Source: Lama guanicoe (Eukaryota). From it: a DNA stretch of 60,000 nt. Below the pieces are notes generated by a model that saw only the letters and a program-made list of their open reading frames with translations, was not told the DNA's origin and made no database searches. Below are positions 23,470 to 36,833 of this stretch, in pieces; position 1 is the first letter of the stretch, and each line of letters begins with the position of its first letter. The stretch spans positions 386,524 to 446,523 of the forward strand of contig MU053873.1 of NCBI GenBank assembly GCA_013239625.1, in the 5' to 3' direction. Position numbers and translations under genes: made by a program.

Positions 23470-24511
23470 CTGGAAAGACCCAAACCTTTAAATAATTTCA
23501 AAGCTCCTATTCATCCCATATTTGATTCTTCTGCCATGCCTAGTAGCATAATGACAATGAGAATCCAGTGACCAAGGTGAACAGGCAGAAAGCTCAAGAA
23601 AAAAATATTCACCCTCATAAGTGTTCCATCCAATACAGTAGGTGCCTGTAGTCAGAGAACATGCCAATGCGTGGGGAAAAAAAGAAGTCAAGAGGTTAAG
23701 AACATTTTTATTAAGCACTGGTAAATTGTTAGCATATTACATGTAAGAGAAACCAAGATACAGTGTTTTTTTTTTCTCTTAAGTTTTAACCTTAAATTCT
23801 TATTTTTGAAAGAAACACTGAATTATTTAAGAATGAAATGATGTGACTGGTGTCTGGAATTTGCTTCAAAATAATTGGAGGGGGAAGGGTAATGAGGAAG
23901 TGAATGGGGCATAAAAGAAACAGAATTGTCCATGAGGAAAAATTCATGAAATTGTTAAGTCAGAGTTTACTATATACCATTGTGTCTATTTTGGTTATAT
24001 GTGAAATTTCCGTAAGAGAAAACTCTTTTTCTTTTTAATGTAAACTTAAGAACTGAATTCTCTAACTGAAAACATGTGAACCACTATTCCTGACTTACTC
24101 TGCCTAATATCACAGATGAGATTTTATTTTTATTTAGGCAATTTCCAAAGCAGCAGCAACAAATTGTAATCTAAATGGCACCTGGATAGAACTAATTATA
24201 ATCTGTATAAGTCTCGTACATTATGAAATTTTATGGTATGGGAAGACGGGGGGGGGAAGCAATCTATTGGAAAGTCTTGACTGTAAATTATGATGGAATC
24301 TGTTTACACAGCAAATTTTGTAAGAGCAAATCACATGTTCAACTGACAGCACCAATAATTACAACCACTAGTTAGCAGACATTTCTGTACACACTACTTA
24401 TCACAATTCCAACAATTCTTTAAATCTCCTGAAAGAAAACTCCTACCTATAAACAATACTTAAGGTTTTATCCAATAACAATCTTAAATCATAAAACCCT
24501 AATACTCTAAT

Positions 24512-26019
24512 AATGTGGTTCCCAAAGTGAAGTCTGCAGATTTTGAGACCCTTTCAGGGCCTCTATGAGGTCACAACCACAGTCACAATAATACTAATAC
24601 ATTATTTGCCTTTTTTTCACTGTTTTGATATTTGTACAAATAGCACAAATGGAACTGGTGGGTAAAACCACTGGCACCTTAGTACAATCAAGACAGTAGC
24701 ACTTTGAATGTCCTTGATAAAGCAGGGGGGAAAATGATAAATTTTATTAAATTTTGACCTGTAATTTTTTTTTTTGAGGAAGAACTACATTAAACCTTTC
24801 TTCCGCATCCTGAAGTACTATGGTTGTCTCAAAGTAAAGTACTTGTGCAGCTGTTTCAGTTACAGGCTGAACTAGCCAGTTTTTTCATTGAGTACCATTT
24901 TTAATTGAACAACTGACAAACTACAGTAATTCAGACTTAAGCATTTGGCAGATCTTTTCTCCAAATGACATTACTTGCCAATGATAAAGCTTTTATGGAA
25001 AATCAGAATTTTGGAAAATCTGTCATATCTGCCACAATCAACTTCACAGCTTCCCAGTACTTAAGATTTTTTTGATGCGATCAGTGCTGATACTACCAAG
25101 TGTGATTTTTTTTTTTTTTAACTGAAAGCAAGTTTATTTAGAGAGATACACACTTCACAGACAGTACGGTCTTAAGGGGGAGCTGTTTAGGACACAGACA
25201 TTCCACAGGCAGCATGCGGGCCATCTCAAAAGCCAAGAAGGAGGGAGACAGATGTGTGGGATGTTTAAAAGTAGATACACACCTCATAGAATACAGGCCG
25301 TCTCAGAAGGCAAGAGTGACTTAAGTGTCATTTTTAGAAGAAATTATATCATGAAATATGTCTACATTTGGAAGATCTGCATTACTCAATAAACCATTAT
25401 TCTCAGAATGACCGTGTGATGTTACAAAATCAGGCATGGATAGAAGATCCATTTAAAGCACAGGATAGACCAATGGTTTTAATATAATAGAATACAAGCA
25501 GCTCACTGATAGGGCTTCAGATTCCACACTGCAACTAACCTTCAAAGAATTATTATTTGTCAAGTTTTGGTGTACTATGATAGAATATACACAACTACCC
25601 ATAAAAACTATTAAAATACTCTTTCCTTTTCTAAATACTTATCTGGGTGAGGCTGCGTTTCATTTATTTCAAATAATATATTTTAACAAATTGGATGGAG
25701 AAGTAGATACGAGAATCTAGCTACCATCTATTAAGTCAAATATTTAAAAGATTAGTTAAAATGTAAAAAAAAAAAACAGCCACTCTTTCACACTAATTAC
25801 CACTGGAGGAGGAAAAAATTACTTTTCATTAAAAATGCTTAACATTTAATTAGTTATATTATTTTTAAGTGAATTTATGAACATTTTAAAGAGTTCTCAG
25901 CTGTAACTTTTAATATAGTAAATACAGACATACTCCACTTAGACAAAAGCTCTTCTGGGTCCTCAATAAGGTAACACTGTAAAAGGAGGTCCTCAGACCA
26001 AAGAGTTTGAGAACTGCTG
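24512..26019. mobile_element. hAT-Charlie1-like DNA transposon remnant
   Basis: Starts gtggttcccaaagtg...gagaccctttcaggg and ends gaccaaagagtttgagaactgctg, Charlie1-type termini and internal sequence. Confidence 0.7.
25111..25322 (-). mobile_element. Polyadenylated ERV1-LTR-like fragment retroposed into the Charlie element
   Basis: Poly-T at 25106-25119, AATAAA on the minus strand (tttatt at 25133-25138), TSD aagtgtgattttt / aagtgtcattttt. Confidence 0.7.
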
Positions 26020-26044
26020 CTCTATTATACTCCAATACTAAACA

Positions 26045-26335
26045 CAATCATCCCTCAGTACCTGAGGGGTACTGGTTCCCTCCCAAAGATACCAAAATCC
26101 ACAGGTTCTCAAGTCCCTTATATAAAAAGGTATATGGTCTTTACATATAACCTACGCACATTCTCCTGTATACTTTAAACGATATCTGCTTACTTATAAA
26201 ACTTTATACAAAGTAAATGTTATGTAAATAGTTGCCAGTGCACAGCATATTCAGGTTTTGCTTTTAGGAACTTCCTGGAACTTTCCCTGTTAATCTGGGT
26301 TGGCTGAATCCATTAACGTGGTACCACTAACTGTA
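26045..26335 (-). mobile_element. MER2-family (Tigger-derived) MITE
   Basis: gataccaaaatccacaggttctcaagtcccttatataaaa...tataacctacgcacattctcctgtatactttaaa matches reverse MER2/MER2B. Confidence 0.8.
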
Positions 26336-27292
26336 CCAATTAAAGCTGTTTCATTTTAAGTCAGACTTTCTCTAAAACCATTCTCCTAGTGACGAAAAGA
26401 AGAGCCATATAGAAGCTTGAGTAGCACTCGCTCACCTAGCTACCACCTACAGAACTAGTATCATTGCTACTCTAGCTGAACGGGCCCATTCCAATCTGTC
26501 TAAGGGGCCATTTTATCTTGAAGCACAAGCTTTTAAAAGGTGTTTTTGAAAGTTTGATATTTAAAATGTAGAAAGAAATTAGTGGCTTCAATTTTAAAAA
26601 TAAAACTTTATAAAAATGGTTCATGAAACGTTACAAAAAAGTATTAAACTTCAGTCATTATTAAATAGGGACTCTTATTAAACAAACTATATGTTAATAG
26701 TGTCACTTCCTTAGGACTGCTAGATATTCACCATGATTGTCAAGAAATCACAGCTGATAATCAAATAATTTCAAAAGCATAAGCATAAAAATCTATTCAG
26801 TTATTCATAGCAAAAAAACCTAAATAAAAGTTTAATGAAGCTAGTATATTTCAGTCAGGTTGATATGAAGTGGCTTGGAGCCTCCAAAAATATTATTACC
26901 TAGGGCATACAAATGGCTCCACTCCTACAAACACTAAAATAATTCATTAGCTGAAGAGCTCAGTTCCATTCTATTCCTTTCCACTCATTTCTTCTGAAAT
27001 CAATGATTGGGTGAAAGAATAAGGGACATATTTGAAAGGAACTGATTTTTCTATAATAGCCTTTTTCTTTTTAACCAATTCTATTTCTATCCTTAAGAGG
27101 TAGTTCTTGACTTAAAAGAACACAGAGTATTTGCACTTAGAATTAAAGAGAAAGGACAGGAGAAACCTTGAATTTAGCAAGATTTTTCTCATAAACCAAT
27201 AGGGGATAGGCAAGAAATGCTATGAAACATGGAAGGAGATTTTTAAATATTAACTTTTTAAACTCACATAAATATGTAAGGCTTAAACTTTT

Positions 27293-27981
27293 TAATTTTT
27301 TTAATTGAAATATAGTCTGTTTACAATGTGTCAATTTCTGGTGTAGAGCATAATGTTTCAGTCATACATATACATACATGTATTCATTTTTATACTCTTT
27401 GATTATAGGTTACCACAAGATATTGAATACAGTTCCTTGTGCTATACAGAAGAAACTTGTTATCTATTTTATATATACTAATTAATATTCACAAATCTCA
27501 AATTCCCAATTTATCCTTTCTTACCCCCTTTCTCCCTTGACAACAGTAAGATTGTCTACTATGTCTGTGAGTCTGTTCCTGTTTTGCAGAGAAGTTCATT
27601 AGTGTCTTCTTTATTTAGATTCCACTTAAGAGTGGTATCATGGTATTTTTCTTTCTCTTTCTGGCTTACTTCACTTAGAATGATGATCTCTGTGTCCATC
27701 CAGGTTGCTACAAATGGCATAATTTTATTCTTTTATGGCTGAGTAGTATTCCACTGTATAAATATACCACAACTTCTTCATCCCGTCATCTGTCAATGGG
27801 CACTTAAGTTGTTCCCATGTCTTAACTATTGTATACTGTGCTGCTATGAACATTGGAGCAAATTTATCTTTTTGAATTAGTGCTCCCTCCAGATACATGC
27901 CCAGGAATGGGACTGCTGGATCATACGATGTCTATTTTTAATTTTTTTTTTTGAGGAATCTCCATACTGTTTTCCATAATG
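27293..27981 (-). mobile_element. 5'-truncated young L1 with 17-bp TSD
   Basis: Reverse L1 ORF2 end and 3'UTR; TSD gtaaggcttaaactttt (27276-27292) / gtaaggcctaaactttt (27982-27998). Confidence 0.9.
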
Positions 27982-28129
27982 GTAAGGCCTAAACTTTTAT
28001 TCTTTTCAAGATCATTTTATAGAGATACCCATTATTTTAAGTGATTCCCTGACTAAATTTCTACTGATCTTTAATTGGCATAGCACTGAAATAATACAGC
28101 AGGCTTAAAAAATACCAAAACACTAGAGA

Positions 28130-28270
28130 AACAGGCAAATATATTCAATATCTTATAGTAACCTATAATGAAAAAGATGAAAAGAATACATATGTACATG
28201 TAAGACTGAAACAATATGCTGTACACCAGAAACTGACACAACATTGTAAACTGACTACACTTCAATCAAC
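28130..28270 (+). mobile_element. Short L1 3' tip
   Basis: tgctgtacaccagaaactgacacaacattgtaaactgactacacttcaat. Confidence 0.8.
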
Positions 28271-31117
28271 CAAGACTGTCTCAGTTCACATTACCTGTAA
28301 GGCTTCTGAATTTATTTTTCCCCCTTGTACACAAAAAGGCATTAGGATTAGGATAAACTATTTACCGACTTTCCAAAAAGAGTGGTGTTAAGTATTGCTT
28401 GGCTAAATGTAAGCTGAATTAACTGCCTCATTTATTAGTTTCATAGGTAAAAGGGAGGCCAACCTTGAGTTGGTTGATAGAGTAAGAGTTAGAAAGAGAC
28501 AGAAGGCAAGGAAGAAATAATCTGGTAAATGCTGGCCTGATAAGAGGCTTGCAAACAAATTTCTCCTAGGCTAGCTATAAGCAGTAATTTATTAGCAGCA
28601 GAAAGAATGTATTCTACATGGTCAATTTCCTGGTATTGCTGAGGAACACCGAGGACTGGGGAATCTGGCACCAGCTCTGTAAGGTCGTTACGGTCACCGA
28701 TAAAATCTTGAAAAAGGGATCAGTCACCACAGTTCCAGGATAATTTCTGCTACTGGCTGAACTATGCAGGTGAGAGAGTTAAGTCTACACTGCAGAGGGG
28801 AAGTTAACATTAAAGATAAACATTTAAAGAACATGTGGAGCAAAGGCTGATCAGTGAAAACAGCTATTAACTAAATTCATATATAGCGTTTCGGAATAAA
28901 AAAAACTACCTACTCCTAAGAGTGAAATGTGTGTAGGAACATTTGGCAAATGTAAAAGTCAAAGTGATTATCAGTTCCATCATCAATTCCAGCTACCATT
29001 CTTAAGACTGGTATTAAAGGCCATCAAAAATACAATTTCCTTTGATATAATGCTTGTGATTTGTTTCAAAATAATCTAAAGAGGTGGGGATGAAGGAGTC
29101 AGAAGAAACAAGTGTGGCCATGAACTGATGATTATTGCAGCTGGTTGATGCACATACGAGGGTTCATTATACTACTGCCTATTTGTATAGGCTTGAGATT
29201 TTCTACAATGAAACATGAAAACATTTTCCTAATGCTTAACCTCCCCCCAAAAAAGACGCACTTTGATCTAATTTAAGAACCTTTAAAAGTATGAGAGACA
29301 GTGTTATTCAATCTAGTGCAGAGGTATACACAAAAAAAAAAAGAAAATTCAGTGCTCCTGAATTCTCTGCACCAAAAATAAGGATTATGGCCATAATAAC
29401 CAAAATGGTAAAACAATAGAAAATATTAATTAGTATTACTTAAATCAATGGTTCAACACCTTGGAAAATGTTATGCAGCTGGTATAAAAAAAATTAGGAA
29501 CCCAATGAATCAAAGGGAAATGTTTAATTTATTTAGTGAAATAAGCAAAACAGAAACTTAATTATGTTTTAATTCCAACTACGTAAAATATACATATGGA
29601 CATAAACAAGTTAGAAAGGAATACAACCATGGGTTTTGGTGGTAGAATTGTAAATTTAAGTATTTGTAAAAACTTATTATAATGCTGCTTTACAAGTGAT
29701 TAAACAAAAAAACACATGGCCATACTGCTCCCCAACTACTGCATAAAGAATTATTTCCAGAGTGCACCAGGAAGACTGTCTGCAGGGCACCAGAGACCCC
29801 AGCAGCACCAGAAGGAGGACCACTCCGTTGTAGCTGTTATACAATGAAGGACAACCCCTCAAGTACAGAACATAGCTGCTTTCAAAAGCTATCATTTGCT
29901 ATTCATTAGCACTGGCAAACATACCATATAAATACTAGGCAAACACCTTTCCAATTCATTAAAAACTCAATACCAGAAACAAAAAGAGGGCAAAAAAACT
30001 TTTTTTAACTAAAAAAACCAACTCAATACCAATAAAATATAGTCTAGAGGCAAATATTAAAAGTTCATTAGTGTTTGGGGATAGGATACATCAGAAAGTT
30101 GTTATGCCCCAAACTAAGAAAAAACTGGCACAGCTTTAAGATGAGAGCAATTAGCTACCTTTCTCCTCATTTTAATATGACACTTCTGCACAACTAGTTT
30201 TTTGTTTTGTTTTAGTTTGTTTTTAATTTTGAAAAGCATTTTCCACCCATATCCCTAATGAAGCTTGAAATTAACATGGCCTTTTCAATTCCTTCTTTGT
30301 GCACCAGCACAAAATGAAGTTTGGATCTAGGAAACATCACCAAGTTAGAAGCAGGATAATATTACAGAGAATCATGTCTTTTTTAAGCCTTAAAGCAGGG
30401 TTGATAGAAATGTGGTTGGCTCATTGCTCCATCTTCTCTGCTTGAACTGGGCCCTAAACGGCCCACCAGTCATTGAAATGTCCACAACATGCTCTTTTCA
30501 GTCAAAAACATAGGCAGGGGGTGTGCAGAGCTAATTCATCTTCTTTGGGATAAAAATATTGCCTTAAGAAGGTAGAGAATTGCTTCTATTCAGAAAGGTA
30601 AACTTTATGAAGAGTACATGTACGACCATATCATAATTCTCCTACACACAACACACACACAGAGAAAAGCTTTTCACTCTATTTGGCTTCCTAGAAAAGG
30701 AATAAGAAACCTAAAGTCTAAGAAACTTGGATTTTAGTCGTGACTTCATTTACCACCTGACTGAAAAGTAAGAGACAATATCTAACTCATAGGATTAAAA
30801 TTAATAGTTTCTCTGTTTGGGGGTTTTTGGCTTTTTGTGCCACGTGCGCCACCAGGGAGGGCATTTATTACTGAGCACATTGGAGAAATGACTGGATGCG
30901 GTCAACCCCGCCCCCAGCAGCAGGGACCCCTGCCTTTGACAGAATACTCTATAATTATTACTACTAAGCAAATAATAGAAGGAAACAGGACAGTTCTGAG
31001 GAAGAAAAAGTGAAATGATTTCTTACAAAAACAAAAATGGGTAACTACGAATTTTTTAGTATTCACTTGTCAGGACTGAGTTCAAGTCCAATTTTCCTGT
31101 TACTTCTTTGTACTTAC

Positions 31118-31202
31118 CATGACAGGAGGACAAGATTAGGAGGAGAGATCCCCGTCCCTTCTTCAATATCTGGCAAGGCTTTTCTTTCCTTTATGCCTGG
31201 GT
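31118..31202 (-). CDS. MTMR3: MTMR3 start-codon exon: 5'-UTR plus ATG as the last three nucleotides (31118-31120)
   Basis: Minus strand ...cttttactttttcaag|ACCCAGGC...CCTCCTGTCATG|gtaagta; ATG joins in phase 0 to GAT GAA GAG of the next exon to give MDEE. Confidence 0.85.
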
Positions 31203-31929
31203 CTTGAAAAAGTAAAAGAGAGAGAAAAAGGACAAAATTGGGAATTTCTCCCCAAATGGCCATACCTTAATTAAAGGAACTACATACACATGGACCTAAA
31301 GACTTGACCAATGTCAGTCAAGAAAAAGTTGGCTATCACCCAGCCAATTCCCAATAATCAAATCTAAACTCCATAATTCCCCTGTGAAAATCTTCCTAGT
31401 CATAACCTATTTGGGCAAAAAAGTTGCAAAGGCTTATGTTCCTGATGTTGATAGTAATATGAAAAATATTATAAAGCTTAGATGAAAATAATAAAGCAAT
31501 AAAATTAAAACCAACCAGCAAATACAAAAATAATATTCTTGCAATATTACAGGATGTTGTTGTGGTGATCTGTAACTTCAAAATGAATCTCCCCATCTGT
31601 GGGAACTAAACTAGTTTATTTAGTAAACAAACTATGAAAAAATTTGCCTTTTTGTCCCAATATTCTATACTCACTGGAAACACACATAAACCGTGCTAAT
31701 ACCTCCACCTGGCTTTTAAAAACAACTATAAGGATGAGGGAGGAATACCTAAGTGGAAAATCAAAGACAGGCTAGTAAGAACATTAGCAAGTATTTTAGA
31801 AAAAAAATAATTTGTTTCATGCAAAGCCATGATTTCTGGTTTGCTAAACTTCCATGAATATAGGAGATTTTGAGGAGTCTAGGATGATTCAATATTCAAA
31901 GTAAACTCATTATGAGCAGTGAAAGTGAG

Positions 31930-32395
31930 GGAATAGAGGACATGAAAGAAGTAGTAGGGCCCAGAACACGTACAGCCTTGAGCAGTTGTGAACAGAGGAG
32001 TGCTATGAGGTGACTTACTTTAAAGGATGGCTCTGGCTATAGGGTGGGAACAGACTAGACTGCTGGGGGGCTAAGGGACACAGGAGGAGGCAGGAAGATC
32101 TATTAAAAGATAGTAGTGATGGAAACGATGAGTATCGTTAGACTCTGGATATATTTTGAAATTACCACCCACAGGATTTAAGCTAATGAATTAGGTAAGA
32201 GAAGTCAAACTTTCTAGCCTCAGTAACTAGAAGCCAAGATTTCCCATTTACTGATGAGAAAAGACCATAAGAAAAATGGATTCCCCGCTGTGTGCAGAGG
32301 TACAGGAGGGGGAACAGGGAATCAAAGGTTCTGTTTTAGACATGTTATGTTTGAGATGCCTATCAGATATTCAGTTGAAGATATCAAGTAGATAT
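31930..32395 (-). mobile_element. L2 remnant
   Basis: ggctctggctat...ggaggcaggaagatc...gactctggatatattttga...gacatgttatgtttgagatgcct resembles reverse L2. Confidence 0.6.
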
Positions 32396-32806
32396 CTTCA
32401 ATGTCCATCAAATGATGAATAAAGAAATATGGTACATCCACACAGTGGAATACTATCCAGCAATTAAAAGGACTGAAATACTGACAAGTGATACAACATG
32501 AATGACATCACATTAAGTGAAAGAAGCCAGGCACAAAGACCACATATTGCATGATTTCATTTATATCAAGTGTCCAGAACTGTAAATCTATAGAGATAAA
32601 AAGATTAAGTGGCAGTTCAGGAGTTAGGATGAGGAAGGAACAGAGAATGACTACTCATGGATATAGAGTATCTTTGTGGAGTAATGTAAATGTTCTGAAG
32701 TTAGACAATGGTGGTGCTTAGCACAACATACTAAAAACTCCTGAACTCTGTATGGTTTTAAAGGGCGAGTTTTATGTGATATGAATTACAGCTCAATTAA
32801 AAAAAA
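32396..32806 (+). mobile_element. Old L1 (L1MB-like) 3' end
   Basis: aatgtccatcaaatgatgaataaagaaatatggtacatccacacagtggaatactat...aagtgaaagaagccag. Confidence 0.8.
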
Positions 32807-32984
32807 CTGTAGGTGAGGAGCATGAATGTAATCAAACCCTTCATGAAATACTAAAAATAATCTTACTGCAAAAAAGTTATGGGACCACACTGCTATCTGG
32901 CTGTAACTGTATTACTGCCTCTGAGACCTTGAGGGGTGGGTTGGTACCTATTCTGTAGCAGAAATGTAAACAGAAACAAATATG

Positions 32985-33325
32985 CTTTTTTTTTCTATTG
33001 AAGTCTGGTTGATTTACAGTGTTGTGTTAGTTTCTAGTGTACAACCGTGTAGTGATTCAGTTATACATCTTTTTTTTTCATATTTTTTGCATTATGGGTT
33101 ATTATAAGACATTGAATATAGTTCCTAGTCAGACATCATTGTTTATCTATTTTATATATAGTAATGTGTATCTGCTAATCCCAAACTCCCAATTTATCCC
33201 CACCACCACCACCTTTCCTCTTTGGTAACCGTAAGTTTCTTTTCTGTGTCTATGAGTCTGTTTGTTTTGTAAATAAGTTCATTTGTGTCATTTTTTTTAT
33301 ATTCCACATATAGGTGATATCATAT
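32985..33325 (-). mobile_element. L1 3'UTR fragment
   Basis: Poly-T then ttgatttacagtgttgtgttagtttc...attccacatataggtgatatcat. Confidence 0.85.
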
Positions 33326-34756
33326 GAAAAGAAAAAAGATACAGGACCGATCCAGGACCAATGAGCATTCTAAGCATCTAGACTATGGTCTATAAATACT
33401 AATTTCCACTTCAAAAAGAGCCCAGGCTCCTTAGAAATAATAGCCAATTACAGGTCAAGAACAGAAAATGTGTAAGTTGCTTCTGGAACATATTAAATTG
33501 GAAAGCAAGGGAACTATCAAAGATTATTAAGGGTATGTCAAAAGGACTCAAGAGCCAACCTGAACAGAATCACTGACTAAAAACTTCCTACTTAACACAG
33601 CATCTCGTCTTTCAGGCATCTGTTAAGAAGAAATCATTCCATTTCTTACTCAATAGCTGTAATTTAGCTCAATAGCTCAGCCAAGTAAGCTACTGAATGA
33701 CTTAGACTACAAGGACACATTATATGTACTATATGAATCCTTCCCTACATAGAAAGGAACGAAACAGTATCCTGAATTAACAAGATGATAACTAATCTCT
33801 CCTAGGACCACAGAATCTAATTCTTCTCCCTTATTACCAAATACACACACAGAACACAAAAACAAAAGTCCTAATTAAAACGAAATCATACTGAGAAAAC
33901 ATTGGATTCAGGGAATGTTTATGTGAACTGAAAATTCAAATATGAAGATAATTCTTGCTTTCAAGGTGTTCACAATCCTGTGGGATAACAAACATAATAA
34001 GACAGTAGGATAAGATGTAGAAATATACTTCCATGGGGATGCAAAAGACAGAAATGGATTCTTATCTGGGCACTCAAGGCAGGCTTTGTGGAACACTCGG
34101 TTTTTAATGGCTGAACCAGCTGGACTATGAGCTACTAAAACAAAAGGGGAACCAAAGCAACAACTTTTCTTTTCAATAAACTTAGATAATTTCATAAATT
34201 AAACAGAGGACAGAAACAAGATGCTGTAATAAAGACTTAGGTAGTAACAGATCCACACAAGTCTATAAAAAAGGGACAGGACAGGGATTAATACCCACAC
34301 TGCAAACAGGACTGAAACTTTTAAAAACTTATTTTCTAGTTAAACATCACATTAGTACCACTAAGTCTAGTAACGAGGCCTTGATTTTCACAGATTTAAC
34401 AATTTAAGAAAACTCAAAGTTTCAATTAAAAGCTACTTCATCATGTTAAAAACTATTTTAAACAAATGATTAAGGCTCCAACTCATTTAATCTCAATTTA
34501 AATACAAGATTTTAGGCAGAGTATATTGTACTATGGCACAATCATATATGGAAAAAATAATCTGACTTGAGTCCTAGTGGGGAAAAAAAACTCCACCAAA
34601 TTTAGAGATTTAACATTAAAGTGAACATAAAAGAGTTCATCTAAATAATTATGTATACAGATAAGCAGACCTCCAAAATTTATCTGTAAATTATCTTTTT
34701 GCTGCCTCAAAACAGCAGAGTGTAATATGGGGTTGGGGGTGGAAGGACAAACTTAC

Positions 34757-34810
34757 CAAATGAAGTTTATCCCAAGAACTTTTTCTACTAGAAGGGTTTC
34801 ACAAGAAAAT
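34757..34810 (-). other. MTMR3: MTMR3 5'-UTR exon (probably exon 2), 54 nt
   Basis: Minus strand reads long polypyrimidine tract ...ttttctctgcag|ATTTTCTTGTGAAACC...CTTCATTTG|gtaagt: strong acceptor and consensus donor, no ATG. Confidence 0.75.
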
Positions 34811-36683
34811 CTGCAGAGAAAAAAAAAAAGTAGTTTTACAATGACAAATACCCTAAGTATCAGGTCATTTAGATCTCCCCACAAGATTTTTCTCTACAAG
34901 TTGGAATGCCATGACAATACATTGTTTTAAACTGTTGCACTATGAACTATTTAGTCAACAACAGATTCTTTAGTGTTTAGTTGTGCAAAATGGGCTTGGT
35001 CAGGCCTCAGTATGTCTTTAGAAACTGCAGAACTGTACAGACAGAATTTTCCAAGAAACTATCAATACTCACATTTAAGGGTTTTTCTCTACCCCCATTT
35101 AAGGATTTTTCTCTAGCATTATTTCTGATGGCTTCTCAGGTAAACTTATGCCACTAAAGGAACAAGTATTTTCAAAAAACTAAGATCACAGGAGATCTAG
35201 GCTTGGACAAAGGATTCTTGTCACTAGACAACAATCTGACCTTCAGAAATTAAAAAAAAAAAAACCTTATCAACCCAATTCCTCTGCAATGATTTCTCTC
35301 AGTATTCACAGACAACTCATCCTTTTGAGCTATTTACATGCCATGAAGTCACATATATAAACAAGACTGTATAAAATATCAAAATCCTAAAATAAGGAGT
35401 CCATTCATATAGTACGTTATTCCCATAACCTCCAGAAACACTTTTTACCATAAGAGGGGAGGCTAAATACGCAATAATAAAGTGTTTTAACCATTTTACA
35501 CGAAGTATTTTTGTCTCTCAGTGACTTTTAATTTAAATTGTGTAACTCAGGCCATACTAACCATATGCTATATTGGAAAGGAAATAAGCTATTCATAATG
35601 TGCAATTTCAGATATAAATCATATTAGTATCAAGATTTGACCTTGACTGGTAAGTAAACTAAGGTATAACACGGTACAGCAGAAAAGTTCAGGGGTTTGT
35701 AAATCTGTAGGACCTTTTCTCGATAGAGTAATTTTTGCTGAGTATCTGAACACTGAAATACATGTTACAATTTTTTTGTTTTATTTTTCTTTTATTTTAG
35801 TAAGGTTATCAGTTTTAAAAATTGCATCTGTAAGTATATTATATCATCTATGAATTTTACGTAGGATAATAAGAAAACATTTGTTAAAAAGAACAGATGC
35901 TGGGTCTCTTTGTTCTTATCTATTTAAAAAAAAAGAACCAGATAAAATAGCATATATGAAGGCACATTGCACTTAAGTATTAAATGCAAAAAACTGATGA
36001 GACATATAGTTCATCGTAAGCCAAGATGTGTTAGAGTACTACAAGGTTAACTGTCCAATGACACGCAAGAGCTCAAAGTTCAGGGGAGAGATAACCCAGG
36101 GAGTTGTCACAGGCAGTGGAGAACAAGTGGGTCTTAGAGATTAGGTAGAATTTAAATAAAGAGGGAATGGAAGCCAAGATAGGATGGCTATTAATACCAC
36201 AGTGGGAAGAAAGCACGATATTTTTGAGAAATAGAGAACAGGTCAGAGTATCAGTAGTGTTCAGGAAGACAAAACTAGAAAGAAAGGACACAACTGTGGA
36301 CCTTAAATGCCAGGCTAAGGAGTCTGTATTTCATTCAACAGCACGAAACCAAAAGTTTTATTAGCAGGGGGAAAACACGAAAGTGGTACTAAATAGTAGA
36401 AAGCAAGGAGGATGGTCTGGAAGGGGAGAGTCACCTAGGATGTTTCTCGACCAGTAGTTCAGGTATGAATTGCTAAGGGCTCAGTATCTCAAGGATAGTA
36501 AAAATGCAGAGGAAGACACCAAAGTGAGTTGAAAGCATTAATTGCCTGAGCTTGGTAATTATGAGGAACAGGGGGGAAAAAAAAGAGGCAGAGCAAGGTG
36601 TCAAAGATAACTGTAAAATTTTAAGGCCTGTATTAAGTAGGAAAAAGATGGTTAAGAAGTTAGATGTTAAGAAACAAAGGGTA

Positions 36684-36833
36684 AGGGGGGAGGGAGGGTA
36701 TAGCTCAAGTGAGAGAGTGTATATGCTTAGCATATACAAGGTCCTGGGTTCAATCCCCAGTACCTCCTCTAAAAATAAATAAGTAAACCTAACTACCTCC
36801 CTCACTAAAAAAATAATTTTTTTTTAATTTAAA
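36684..36833 (+). mobile_element. Camelid tRNA-derived SINE (vic-1-like) with 15-bp TSD
   Basis: gggagggtatagctcaagtg (A box)...ggtcctgggttcaatcccc (B box)...A-rich tail; TSD aagaaacaaagggta (36669-36683) / aagaaacgaagggta (36834-36848). Confidence 0.9.

Larger units (their letters stand above)
4585..34810 (-). other. MTMR3: MTMR3 gene body (partial): span of the exons visible in this window; the gene continues beyond both window edges
   Basis: Eight exons with GT-AG boundaries; the coding exons splice in frame into a protein matching my recollection of the mammalian MTMR3 N-terminus. Confidence 0.96.

Noticed and set aside
36473..36805. 110-aa ORF with EVLGIEPRT motif (also in 40386-40625)
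   Set aside because: Antisense translation of the tRNA-derived SINE
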